Source: an uncultured Mariniphaga sp.
Lineage (GTDB): Bacteria > Bacteroidota > Bacteroidia > Bacteroidales > Prolixibacteraceae
Direction of reading: 5' to 3'
Length of the DNA: 52,528 nucleotides
Assembly: GCA_964355145.1 (NCBI GenBank)
Contig: CAYHDA010000001.1
Span: forward strand, 19,632 to 72,159
The notes below the pieces were generated by a model, which worked only from the letters and a program-made list of their open reading frames with translations, was not told the DNA's origin and searched no databases. How positions within the stretch are numbered: the first letter of the stretch is position 1; every line of letters begins with the position of its first letter. Below, piece after piece: positions 9,725-18,609 of the stretch. The position numbers were made by a program, and so were the translations under genes.

Positions 9725-11002
9725 ATGATAAAATTAGCACTCCTTGGAGGTTCTCCAATCCGTGACACAAAAACAAACCCGTGGCCAAAATGGCCGGTTT
9801 GGGATAAAAATGAAGAAAAGGCGTTGATTGAAGTTTTAAACAGCGGAGTATGGTCGTATAACGGTCCAAAAGAAATGGAGTTTAACAAAAACTTCGCTGA
9901 ATTTTGTGGTGTGAAGCACGCCGTTTCTGCAGCTAATGGAACTGTCACCCTGCAAATGGCATTGGAAGCTTGTGGGATAGGCCTTGGAGACGAGGTGATC
10001 TTACCCGGACTTACATGGCAGGCCACTGCAGCTACGATCATTGATGTTAATGCGACTCCCATCCTTGTTGATGTTTGCGAAGATACGTGGTGCATTGATC
10101 CCAAAGAGATCGAAAAAGCAATCACCCCACGCACCAAAGCTATTATTCCTGTTCATCTTTATGGCAGTTTTGCCGATATGGATGAGGTTTTGAGGATCGC
10201 CAAAAAGCATAATCTCTTTGTAATAGAAGATTGTGCCCATAAACATGGCGGCGAATGGAATGGGAAAAAGGCCGGGAGCATCGGAGATATCGGCAGTTTT
10301 AGTTACCAATTATCCAAACATTTAACTGCCGGAGAAGGTGGGACGGTGACAACCAATAATTTTGAATTATACGAGAAACTGGATGCACTTCGGAATTGCG
10401 GCAGAAGACCGGAACCCGAAAGTACTGTAAAATCCGATAAGGGTGAGGGAGTTTATTTTGATGCAGGAAATTTCTGCCAGTCAGGAAATTTCAGAATCAC
10501 CGAATTCCAGGCAGCTATCTTAGTTGAAGGTCTGAAGAGATTGCCTGAACAAAATCGGGTAAGAGATGAAAACGGAATCTATCTGAATTCACTTATCAAA
10601 TCAATTCCCGGAATTATTCCAATGCGAAGGGATGCACGGGAAACCAAAGTAGCCTATTTTAATTTTTCATTCAGGTATAATCAAACCGAATTTAAAGGGC
10701 TTCCGGCAGCAAAATTCAGAGCAGCACTTACCGCAGAAATCGGTATTGATGTTGCTGCCAGCTATACTCCGCTTAATAAATGTTCGTTGTATGCGCCACT
10801 CACTAAACCGGCACGCCACAAGCTTAACGAAGATTACTGGGCAGCAATCGATCCTTCAAGATTCGAATTACCCGTCTGTGACAAGATTCACTTTGAAGGT
10901 TCTGCATGTATTCATCACAAAATTCTGATGGGCAGTAAAGCTGATATGGATTTAGTAGCTGCGGCCATTAGAAAAGTTTACGATAACGCGGAAAGCCTGT
11001 AA
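9725..11002 (+). CDS. DegT/DnrJ/EryC1/StrS family PLP aminotransferase, apparently of the glutamine:(deoxy)scyllo-inosose aminotransferase-like branch
   Basis: Fold-type I sugar aminotransferase blocks: GDEVILPGLTW, AIIPVHLYG, FVIEDCAH. The PLP-lysine motif is SFSYQLSKHLTAGEGG. The N-terminal WPKWPVW resembles the WPxWP start I recall for BtrR/StsC-type enzymes. ATG 9725 is preferred over TTG 9671. Confidence 0.8.
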   Translation: MIKLALLGGSPIRDTKTNPWPKWPVWDKNEEKALIEVLNSGVWSYNGPKEMEFNKNFAEFCGVKHAVSAANGTVTLQMALEACGIGLGDEVILPGLTWQATAATIIDVNATPILVDVCEDTWCIDPKEIEKAITPRTKAIIPVHLYGSFADMDEVLRIAKKHNLFVIEDCAHKHGGEWNGKKAGSIGDIGSFSYQLSKHLTAGEGGTVTTNNFELYEKLDALRNCGRRPEPESTVKSDKGEGVYFDAGNFCQSGNFRITEFQAAILVEGLKRLPEQNRVRDENGIYLNSLIKSIPGIIPMRRDARETKVAYFNFSFRYNQTEFKGLPAAKFRAALTAEIGIDVAASYTPLNKCSLYAPLTKPARHKLNEDYWAAIDPSRFELPVCDKIHFEGSACIHHKILMGSKADMDLVAAAIRKVYDNAESL

Positions 11003-12010
11003 ATGAAGACAATAAAAATAGCACTTATTGGTGCCGGCTATATTTCCAACTATCATGCACGCGGACTTCAGGCTTTACCTGATGTCGAAATCGTGGTTGT
11101 AGTTGGACTTCCCATTGAAGCAGCCCGGACTTTTGCTGATAAATACAATATTAAAGAGGTAACAACTGATGTTTCAACCCTCTATGGCAGAGCCGATATT
11201 GATGCTGTCGTAATTGGAACTCCCAATAAGTTCCATGCGCCTTTTGCGATCGAATTCCTGAAAAACGGGAAAGATGTATTTCTGGAAAAACCTATGGCGA
11301 TGAATGCTCAGGAGGGACTGCTGATTAAAAAAGCAGCTGATGCAGGAAATCAGTTGGTTATGACCGGACATATGTGGCGGTTTGACAATGATGTGAATTT
11401 TGTGAAAGAAACAGTCGATTCAGGGCAACTGGGCAAGATCGTTAAGACAAAAGGATACGGTATCCACGAAAATTGGGGACCGGCAGGGTGGTTTTCGCAA
11501 AAAGAACTCGCCGGAGGAGGTGCCCTTGCGGATATGGGTGTTCATGCGATAGACACGGCCCGCTATATCCTTGGAGATCCCCTTCCGAAAAAGGTATATG
11601 CGAAAATCGGTACTCATTATGGAAATTACGATGTTGATGACTCGGGAATTATCATGATCTCATGGGATAACGGAGCAGAGTCAATTATCGAAAGTGGATG
11701 GTGGCAACCTCATATGGATGGTCCGGAAGCTGCGACAGGCATCTATGGTACGAAAGGTTATGCCAATGTATTTCCAACCTATCTTAAGTTTAAAGTAGGT
11801 AATATTCCCGGGAAATTTGAAGCCAAATTACCCGCCAAAACAGAACATTGTGATCAGTCGATGTACAGCCGTCAGATGGCGCATTATGTTGATTGTATAC
11901 GATCGCGTAATCAACCCGTTCCCGGATTAACCGAAGGACAGATTATTTTAGATATTGTCGATGCAGCCTATAAATCAGCTGAAACCGGTGAGGTTGTGAA
12001 TTTGGGTTGA
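11003..12010 (+). CDS. Gfo/Idh/MocA family NAD(P)-dependent oxidoreductase
   Basis: Rossmann start IKIALIGAGYISNYH, the EKPMA motif, and a C-terminal alpha/beta oligomerisation domain. The ATG abuts the DegT TAA stop (11000-11002), so the two genes look tightly co-translated. Confidence 0.85.
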   Translation: MKTIKIALIGAGYISNYHARGLQALPDVEIVVVVGLPIEAARTFADKYNIKEVTTDVSTLYGRADIDAVVIGTPNKFHAPFAIEFLKNGKDVFLEKPMAMNAQEGLLIKKAADAGNQLVMTGHMWRFDNDVNFVKETVDSGQLGKIVKTKGYGIHENWGPAGWFSQKELAGGGALADMGVHAIDTARYILGDPLPKKVYAKIGTHYGNYDVDDSGIIMISWDNGAESIIESGWWQPHMDGPEAATGIYGTKGYANVFPTYLKFKVGNIPGKFEAKLPAKTEHCDQSMYSRQMAHYVDCIRSRNQPVPGLTEGQIILDIVDAAYKSAETGEVVNLG

Positions 12011-12065
12011 TGGAACAGGCGTGATTCTACGCTTCAGAAATTCGAATGAAGATATTAACCGCTAA
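12010..12065 (+). repeat. Copy 4 (short variant) of the intergenic cassette. Mini-ORF MEQA* (12010-12024) overlaps by GTGA a 14-codon sORF (V/M)ILRFRNSNEDINR* (12021-12065).
   Basis: The cores TGATTCTaCgCTTC and CGAATGAAGATA are shared with copies 1-3. The mini-ORF ATG overlaps the Gfo/Idh/MocA stop (TGATG). The cassette ends 11 nt before the GH2 start at 12077. Confidence 0.55.
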
Positions 12066-12076
12066 ACTTAGTCTTT

Positions 12077-14746
12077 ATGAGATCAGCCCTTTCTTGTGTT
12101 TATGGATTTATTACATCCTTAATTCTGTTGAATATTAGCTGTGTAAGTCCTGATCCCTCAGTGGTTCAGCTGAAAGAGAATTGGGAAATTCAGTCTTCGG
12201 CCACAATCAAAAGTACAGGTGAACAAATTTCATCCAATGAATTTCACCCGGTCAACTGGTATCCGGTAACGGTCCCAACAACAGTATTGGCTGCCTTGGT
12301 GGAGAATAAAGTTTATCCCGATCCCTTTTATGGAGAAAATCTAAAAGCAATACCAGGTTATAAACCGGGAAGCTGGATTTCGATGGCTAAAAACAGTCCT
12401 TTTTACTCATCGTGGTGGTACAGGACTAAATTTAGTATTCCTGCTGACAAAGCCGGGCAATACCTGACTTTGCACCTGAATGGAATTAACCTGAAGGCAA
12501 ATGTCTGGCTGAACGGTCATCTGATTGCCGATACAGTTCATGTAGTCGGGATGTTCCGAAGATTTGAATTCGACATTAATCAATGGGCAAAAACAGGTGG
12601 AGAGAACTGTCTGGCTATCGAAATATTTGGGCCCGGCAGAATTCCGGATGTCAAATATTATACTAAACAAGTTGAAGCGACTACCGGTTGGGATGACCAT
12701 AATCCTCAGCCACCAGACCTGAATATGGGAGTTTGGCAGAATGTCTATATTTCAGCAGATGGACCGGTATCAATCCGCAATCCGTATGTTGTAACCGATC
12801 TTGATCTTCCTTCGTTGGATCAGGCTCATCTTACGGTGTCGGCAAAAGTGACAAATAAAAGTGATAAAGCTGTTGATGGCGAACTCACTGGTGTAATTGA
12901 GAATATTCGTTTTTCAAAAAAAGTTAGCCTTGCTCCGCAAGAATCGAAGGTGGTGGAATTTACACCCGCCGAATTCAATCAGCTCAATATTAAAAATCCA
13001 AGGATCTGGTGGCCACATACCGTTGGAGCACAAGAGCTTTATGATTTAAATCTGTCCTTTAGTACCAAGGGCGGCATATCGGCTAAGGAAAAAGTCCGTT
13101 TCGGAATTCGCGAAGTTTCAACTTATATTAATAAAGACGGGTGGCGTGGCTATCAGGTCAATGGTAAAAATATTTTAATCCGGGGTGGTGCATGGATGAC
13201 CAGCGATATGTTATTGCGTCTGTCTGCCCGTCGGTACGAAGGACTAATCCGGTACGCGAAAGAGGCTGGATTTAATGCACTCAGATCCGAAGGTTTCTCA
13301 ATCCGCGAAACGGAAGAGTTCTATAATCTGTGCGATGAAAATGGCATTTTGGTGATCCAGCAATTTTTCGGACGTAACCTTCCCGATGAAAAACTGGCTG
13401 TCAATATTATTGAAGATATGCTGCTTCGAATTCGTAACCATCCCAGTTTAATCCATTTTTTAGGTCATGATGAAACTTTTCCTACAGAAAGTCTGGATAA
13501 AAGCTACCGTGAACTGATTGCAAAATACACGCCGGAACGCACTTACCAGCTTCATTCAGGCGCTTTTAATATCAACGACCGCTTTAAAACCGGAGGAACA
13601 CGCACCGGCACCCTTGAGCTTTGGAGTTATGCCAATCCTTCCCATTATTACACCCATAAAGACGATGGCGCCTGGGGATTTGCTCAGTCGGGCGGAATCG
13701 GGGGGATTTTTGCCCCTTATGAAAGCATGCGCAAAACCATTCCCGAAAGCGCTTTGTGGCCTGTTGATAATGAAACATTTTCGTTCCATACGGTTCTGCA
13801 GGGTTCTGATTATTTCACTGCCGGGCTCGAAGCTTTACAAAATCGTTATGGAAAGGCCACGGGAATTGTAGAATTCTGTACAAAGGGAATGGCCTTGAAT
13901 TATGAAAGTGCCCGGGGAATGTTCGAAGCTTATGCCCGGAATAAGTATGAAGCGCTCGGAATTACTACCTGGAAATATGATATGGCATGGCCTGCAGTTT
14001 ACAGCTGGCAATATGTCGACTGGTTTCTCAATGTAGGCGGAGCTTATTACGGCGCAAAAAAAGCTTGTGAACCATTGCATGTCCAGTATTCTTACGATGA
14101 TAATTCGATTTATGTAGTCAATAGTTTTTATAAAGACTTCAAAGGCCTTAAGGTAAATGCAAAAGTTTTCAACTTTGATTTAAGTGAGAAATATTCAAAA
14201 TCAGCTGTCGTTGATATCAGTCCCGATGGTAAAACCGAAGTTTTCAAAATTGAATTTCCCAAAGGTTTAAGCAAAACATTTTTCCTGAGATTAAAGCTTG
14301 AAGATCAGTCAGGAAAAGAGATAACTGATAATTTCTACTGGCTTTCAACTGTCAGAGATGTCGAAGGAACAAAGGCTGACACAAAAAGTCCTCGCGGATT
14401 TGACTGGGACTTATTCGTTGCAAAACCGAAATCCGTAGCTGATTTTACTGATCTTGAGAAACTTCCAAAAGTAGAGCTCGAAAAATCATATGCCATTTTG
14501 AAGGATAGCACAGAAGTTCAGGCGACGGTGAAAATCAAAAATAAAGGTCGAAATCTGGCTTTTATGATTCATCTCAGTGTATCCAATGGAGAAAATGGCG
14601 ATGAAATAAGCCCGGCTTACTGGAGTGATAATTATTTTTCGTTATTCCCGGGAGAAACCAAGGATGTAATGGTGCGGTTCAATAAAGTTGATCAGGGTAT
14701 TGTCCCGGCGATTTTAAAGGTCGATGGCTGGAATGTAAAACCATAA
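12077..14746 (+). CDS. Glycoside hydrolase family 2 lipoprotein, paralog of the 4750-7449 enzyme (CsxA-like subfamily) with a divergent active-site block
   Basis: 889 aa with a lipobox-like LLNISC. Blocks: LHLNGINLKANVWLNGHLI, IWWPHTVG, VNGKNILIRGGAW, NHPSLIHFLGHDETFP. WGFAQSGG aligns without gaps to WGFNTETC of the paralog. Confidence 0.75.
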   Translation: MRSALSCVYGFITSLILLNISCVSPDPSVVQLKENWEIQSSATIKSTGEQISSNEFHPVNWYPVTVPTTVLAALVENKVYPDPFYGENLKAIPGYKPGSWISMAKNSPFYSSWWYRTKFSIPADKAGQYLTLHLNGINLKANVWLNGHLIADTVHVVGMFRRFEFDINQWAKTGGENCLAIEIFGPGRIPDVKYYTKQVEATTGWDDHNPQPPDLNMGVWQNVYISADGPVSIRNPYVVTDLDLPSLDQAHLTVSAKVTNKSDKAVDGELTGVIENIRFSKKVSLAPQESKVVEFTPAEFNQLNIKNPRIWWPHTVGAQELYDLNLSFSTKGGISAKEKVRFGIREVSTYINKDGWRGYQVNGKNILIRGGAWMTSDMLLRLSARRYEGLIRYAKEAGFNALRSEGFSIRETEEFYNLCDENGILVIQQFFGRNLPDEKLAVNIIEDMLLRIRNHPSLIHFLGHDETFPTESLDKSYRELIAKYTPERTYQLHSGAFNINDRFKTGGTRTGTLELWSYANPSHYYTHKDDGAWGFAQSGGIGGIFAPYESMRKTIPESALWPVDNETFSFHTVLQGSDYFTAGLEALQNRYGKATGIVEFCTKGMALNYESARGMFEAYARNKYEALGITTWKYDMAWPAVYSWQYVDWFLNVGGAYYGAKKACEPLHVQYSYDDNSIYVVNSFYKDFKGLKVNAKVFNFDLSEKYSKSAVVDISPDGKTEVFKIEFPKGLSKTFFLRLKLEDQSGKEITDNFYWLSTVRDVEGTKADTKSPRGFDWDLFVAKPKSVADFTDLEKLPKVELEKSYAILKDSTEVQATVKIKNKGRNLAFMIHLSVSNGENGDEISPAYWSDNYFSLFPGETKDVMVRFNKVDQGIVPAILKVDGWNVKP

Positions 14747-14750
14747 TAAG

Positions 14751-16136
14751 ATGATCACAAAAAAGAAATATGCCTCGTGGCATTTTGTTGTTTTCCCGGC
14801 AATTACGATGTTGCTGGGATGGGGGCTGCGAGGATTTATCGGCGGAGGCCCATTTGGAGCAATGATCCCTGGTGCGATGGTTGCTCTTTGCATTTCAATA
14901 TTATTGGAACTTCCTCCTGTTGTGGCTTCTGTTTTTGTTGTTTTTAGTGTCGTCGGTATTGGTCTCGGTGGCGAAATGACCTATGGCCAGACACTCGGAT
15001 TCCTAAGAAATCCGGACACTGTTTGGTGGGGAACAATTGGCACCACGGTAAAGGGAGGTGTATGGGGCTTATTGGGTGGGATAATTATGGGAATAGGTTT
15101 GATCTATAACCGGTTGCCGAAAAGGACTATAATTATCACTTTTCTATTGCTTTTGGGAGGAATGCTCCTCGGATTTAAATTGATTAATCAACCAATGATT
15201 ATTTATTTTTCCGATCCTGCCAAGCCCCGGCCCGAATCGTGGGCGGCTTTATTGGTTGGTGCGATTACGATTTTTATATTTCTAAAAAATAAAATTGATC
15301 AGGCTTCATTTAGAATTATTACCCGCTTTGCCCTGTGGGGATGGTTAGGCGGAAGTTTAGGTTTCGGACTTGGTGGATTCTGGATGGTGCTTGGAAGCCA
15401 GCTTCCCAAAGAAATTATCTTCCAGAGTTGGTGGAAAGCAATGGAATTTACCTTTGGATTATTGCTTGGCGGCGCATTAGGCAGGGCTGCATGGTTATGC
15501 AGATTGGAAATAGATGCAGAAAAATCACGCATTTCTCCTAAACAAGTTTCAAATTTCAAATCAATTGCAACTGAATTATCAGTGGCCTTTATCATCGGAT
15601 TGCTGATTTTTTGGTTTTTCTCTTTTCTGTTAGACCCCATTGTTGAATCAAGTAAAGGAGTGAGCGGGTTTACCATGGTTAACTTAACTGATATTGCGAA
15701 ACTTCTCTCCAATTATGCCTTCTTCGGAATCATCATTATTGTGGCATTAATGCGTTTCCCGACAGCAGCCTGGCAAATGGCCGTTACACTAACTTTTTGT
15801 CATACCGTTATCGATCTGATGAAGGATTTCCATCCGGAAGAAACGGGTAATTCATTTCTTTTCGGTGGTTTCCTTCTTGTTATTGCGATGACCGCCGTTG
15901 TCGCTTTATTAACTGCCTATATTCAACGGCATAAAAATTCATTGCATATGCTTTTTCTTCTGCTGATATGGTCGACAGTTGCTGTTGCTTTCCTTCGGCT
16001 GGCTATTAAACCCGAAATTCTGAATATTTCAGGAATTTCATTTCAGGAATTTGTTTTTGGCCGTTACTTCGTGCACATCATATTCACAGTGTCTGCCCTA
16101 TTTGCTTCCTGGATTTCATTTCAGAAAAAAACTTAA
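14751..16136 (+). CDS. Uncharacterised polytopic inner-membrane protein (about 12 TM helices); no family recognised
   Basis: 461 aa, almost entirely hydrophobic helices. The Gly/Trp-rich motifs GWGLRGFIGGGPFGA and WGWLGGSLGFGLGGFW suggest an internal repeat. The start is 4 nt after the GH2 stop. Confidence 0.6.
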   Translation: MITKKKYASWHFVVFPAITMLLGWGLRGFIGGGPFGAMIPGAMVALCISILLELPPVVASVFVVFSVVGIGLGGEMTYGQTLGFLRNPDTVWWGTIGTTVKGGVWGLLGGIIMGIGLIYNRLPKRTIIITFLLLLGGMLLGFKLINQPMIIYFSDPAKPRPESWAALLVGAITIFIFLKNKIDQASFRIITRFALWGWLGGSLGFGLGGFWMVLGSQLPKEIIFQSWWKAMEFTFGLLLGGALGRAAWLCRLEIDAEKSRISPKQVSNFKSIATELSVAFIIGLLIFWFFSFLLDPIVESSKGVSGFTMVNLTDIAKLLSNYAFFGIIIIVALMRFPTAAWQMAVTLTFCHTVIDLMKDFHPEETGNSFLFGGFLLVIAMTAVVALLTAYIQRHKNSLHMLFLLLIWSTVAVAFLRLAIKPEILNISGISFQEFVFGRYFVHIIFTVSALFASWISFQKKT

Positions 16137-16236
16137 ACTAACAATAGAATTAATTATCTGAATAAGAGGTATATGTGACTAGTTTTCTAATGCCTTTTTT
16201 GAAGAAACGATTTAAATTAAACTAATTACTAACCAG

Positions 16237-18603
16237 ATGAAAAATCTCATTCCGGGACTGTTGTTCCTCCTTACCACACAATTAATCCTTCAGGGATGTG
16301 CCAATAAACAGTTGCCACAATTAGGCAAAGACAAAATTGAAAAAGTTATTGCAGCAATGACGCCTGATGAAAAAATTGGTATGACCGTTGGCGACGGGAA
16401 ATTTTTGCCGGCTGGTGATCCAAAAACTTCGGAGCAAGGATCAGGAATTATTATTGCCAACCAGAATTCAAAGATGGTCATTCCGCGGCTTTCCATCATG
16501 TCATCAGCCCTCACCGATGGTCCTACAGGGGTGAACAGGGATCCTCATCCGGCTGGAGCTAAAGAGTATACCTACGCGACGGCCTTTCCTACATCAACTT
16601 GCATGGCCGCAACGTGGAATCTTGAACTGATGACTCAGGTAGGAAAAGCTTTTGGCAATGAAGTCCTGGAATACGACTACGATGTTGTATTGATGCCGGC
16701 GCTGAATCTGCATCGGGATCCCAAGTGCGGGAGAAACTTCGAGTATTACTCCGAAGACCCCCTGCTTTCAGGAAAATTGTCCGCTGCAATCGTTAACGGC
16801 CTTCAATCCAATGGTATTGCGGCAACTTTAAAACATTTTCTGGCGAATAACCAGGAGACAAACAGGCGAACGTACAATGCGGTGATCAGTCAGCGGGCTT
16901 TGCGCGAAATTTATCTTCGGGGATTTGAAATCGCTGTTAAAGAAGGAAATCCCAAAGCGATAATGACCTCTTACAATAAAGTAAACGGTTACTATACCGC
17001 AGAAAATCCTGAGTTGTTAAATGATATTGTGCGCAAAGAGTGGGGATTTAAAGGCCTTTATATAACTGATTTTGATGGTTATGGAAGCGCAGTTGCCAAG
17101 GTTCGTGCAGGCAATAATATGCTTATGGGCGGCAATAAGGAAGAGGTGAAAGAACTTACAGAGGCATTGAAAGATAAAACGCTTGACGAAAAAACACTCA
17201 ACAGAAACCTTGCATATAATATGCAGCTCAAGTTAAACTCACCAAGGTCCAAGGGTTATATTCCAACCCTTAAACCCGATTTGGCGGCTCATGCCAAAAT
17301 TGCAAGAATGGCCGCCGGCGAGGGGCTGGTTCTTCTCAAAAATGATAAAATGACACTTCCTTTTAATCAAGTGAAAACCGTTGCTGTATTTGGTAAAATT
17401 TCCTATTACCTCATCGAGGCTGGAACAGGAAGCGGAGGAATCCGAAGCAATCAATATGCCATCTCTGTGAACGATGGTCTTAAATCCGCAGGCTACCAAG
17501 TGGTTAAAGAGCTTGAAGAGACCTATTCGGCATTTAATGCCGCTATTATGGAAAATAATATTGTGCCCGACTTTTTTAGAACGCCCAAAATGCTTGCCGA
17601 TAACGGGATTAAAGATAACAAAGCACCCGGACACTTTAAGAAAAGGCTTATTCCGTTTCATGATGAGATGGCGATGACAAAGGAAGAGGTTTCAAAACAA
17701 GTTGCTAATTCTGATATTGCGGTTATCACTATTGGTCGCAGCGGAGGTGAAAATTACGAAAATGGTTATATTCCGACTTCTGTGGCAGAACTCGATCTTG
17801 TGAAAAATGTCTGTGATGCATACCACGCTGCAGGTAAAAAAGTAGTGGTAATTCTCAATGTAGGAGGTGTTTGTGAGACTGCAAGCTGGCGTAATTATCC
17901 TGATGCAATTTTGCTGGCATGGCAACCCGGACAAGAGGGTGGAACAGCAATCGCCGATGTATTAAAAGGTGACGTTAACCCGTCAGGGAAGTTGCCTGAT
18001 TCTTTTTTCATGAAATATGAAGATGTTCCTTCTGCGAATACCTTCCCCGGAGAGCCTTCAGAAAACCCGGTCAACTCTTTCTACAAAGAGGGTATTTACG
18101 TGGGTTACCGCTACTACGACACCTTCAAAATTCCAACGGCTTACGAGTTTGGCTATGGATTATCATACACAACTTTTGAATATACCGGTCTGAAGCTTAG
18201 CAGTACAAGTTTCTCCAACAGAATGAATATCACCGTGATGGTGAAAAATACAGGCAAGGTGGCTGGCAAGGAGGTTGTTCAGCTCTACCTCTCAGCACCA
18301 GCCGGAGAACTTGAAAAGCCGGTTCAGGAGCTTAAAGGATTTGCAAAAACACAGTTACTCCAACCCGGAGAAAGTCAGCAATTATCATTTGAGCTTGATG
18401 CCATGTTACTTGCTTCTTTCCGAAGCGGAATCAGTGCCTGGGTGGCAGACAAGGGTGACTATGAAGTCCGTATCAGTGCTTCATCCAAGGACATCCGGCT
18501 TAAAGCATCCTTTAAATTACCTAAAGAGATCATCGTCGAAAAAGTACACGACGTGATGTACCCCAACTTCGCAATGGAAGAGCTAAGTCAGCATAAAAAA
18601 TAA
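16237..18603 (+). CDS. Glycoside hydrolase family 3 lipoprotein (beta-glucosidase-like)
   Basis: 788 aa with lipobox LILQGC. GH3 blocks RDPKCGRNFEYYSEDP, KHFLANNQETNRR, and the nucleophile context GLYITDFDG. C-terminal Fn3-like domain (YGLSYTTFEY ... VVQLYLSAP ... ELKGFAKT). Confidence 0.9.
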   Translation: MKNLIPGLLFLLTTQLILQGCANKQLPQLGKDKIEKVIAAMTPDEKIGMTVGDGKFLPAGDPKTSEQGSGIIIANQNSKMVIPRLSIMSSALTDGPTGVNRDPHPAGAKEYTYATAFPTSTCMAATWNLELMTQVGKAFGNEVLEYDYDVVLMPALNLHRDPKCGRNFEYYSEDPLLSGKLSAAIVNGLQSNGIAATLKHFLANNQETNRRTYNAVISQRALREIYLRGFEIAVKEGNPKAIMTSYNKVNGYYTAENPELLNDIVRKEWGFKGLYITDFDGYGSAVAKVRAGNNMLMGGNKEEVKELTEALKDKTLDEKTLNRNLAYNMQLKLNSPRSKGYIPTLKPDLAAHAKIARMAAGEGLVLLKNDKMTLPFNQVKTVAVFGKISYYLIEAGTGSGGIRSNQYAISVNDGLKSAGYQVVKELEETYSAFNAAIMENNIVPDFFRTPKMLADNGIKDNKAPGHFKKRLIPFHDEMAMTKEEVSKQVANSDIAVITIGRSGGENYENGYIPTSVAELDLVKNVCDAYHAAGKKVVVILNVGGVCETASWRNYPDAILLAWQPGQEGGTAIADVLKGDVNPSGKLPDSFFMKYEDVPSANTFPGEPSENPVNSFYKEGIYVGYRYYDTFKIPTAYEFGYGLSYTTFEYTGLKLSSTSFSNRMNITVMVKNTGKVAGKEVVQLYLSAPAGELEKPVQELKGFAKTQLLQPGESQQLSFELDAMLLASFRSGISAWVADKGDYEVRISASSKDIRLKASFKLPKEIIVEKVHDVMYPNFAMEELSQHKK

Positions 18604-18609
18604 CCGGGA

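Noticed and set aside
9718-10137. Long antisense or alternative-frame ORFs in the supplied track. Examples: 432-641, 9718-10137, 10001-10309, 15299-15712, 17239-17661, 19705-20022, 21672-21998, 39944-40315, 40322-40663, 43658-44008, 44737-45132, 50484-50852.
   Set aside because: All lie inside strongly supported CDSs on the other strand or frame. Their composition is low-complexity or odd and they carry no recognisable motifs. They are treated as shadow ORFs.
9725-12010. Interpreting the DegT + Gfo/Idh/MocA pair as part of an O-antigen / capsule / lipid A amino-sugar biosynthesis island.
   Set aside because: There are no glycosyltransferases, nucleotidyltransferases, Wzx/Wzy, acetyltransferases or epimerases nearby. 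The immediate neighbours are catabolic (GH2, ROK kinase, sugar permease). This is not excluded, so it is listed as the refutation route in the finding.
16173-16225. ATGTGACTAGTTTTCTAATG... upstream of the first GH3. It has an ATG-TGA/GTGA overlap and faint similarity to ATGACTCTGCGCTTCGCTAATACG of cassette copy 3.
   Set aside because: It needs several indels, the peptide (VTSFLMPFLKKRFKLN) shares no motif with the sORFs, and the conserved GAATGAAGATAA core is absent.
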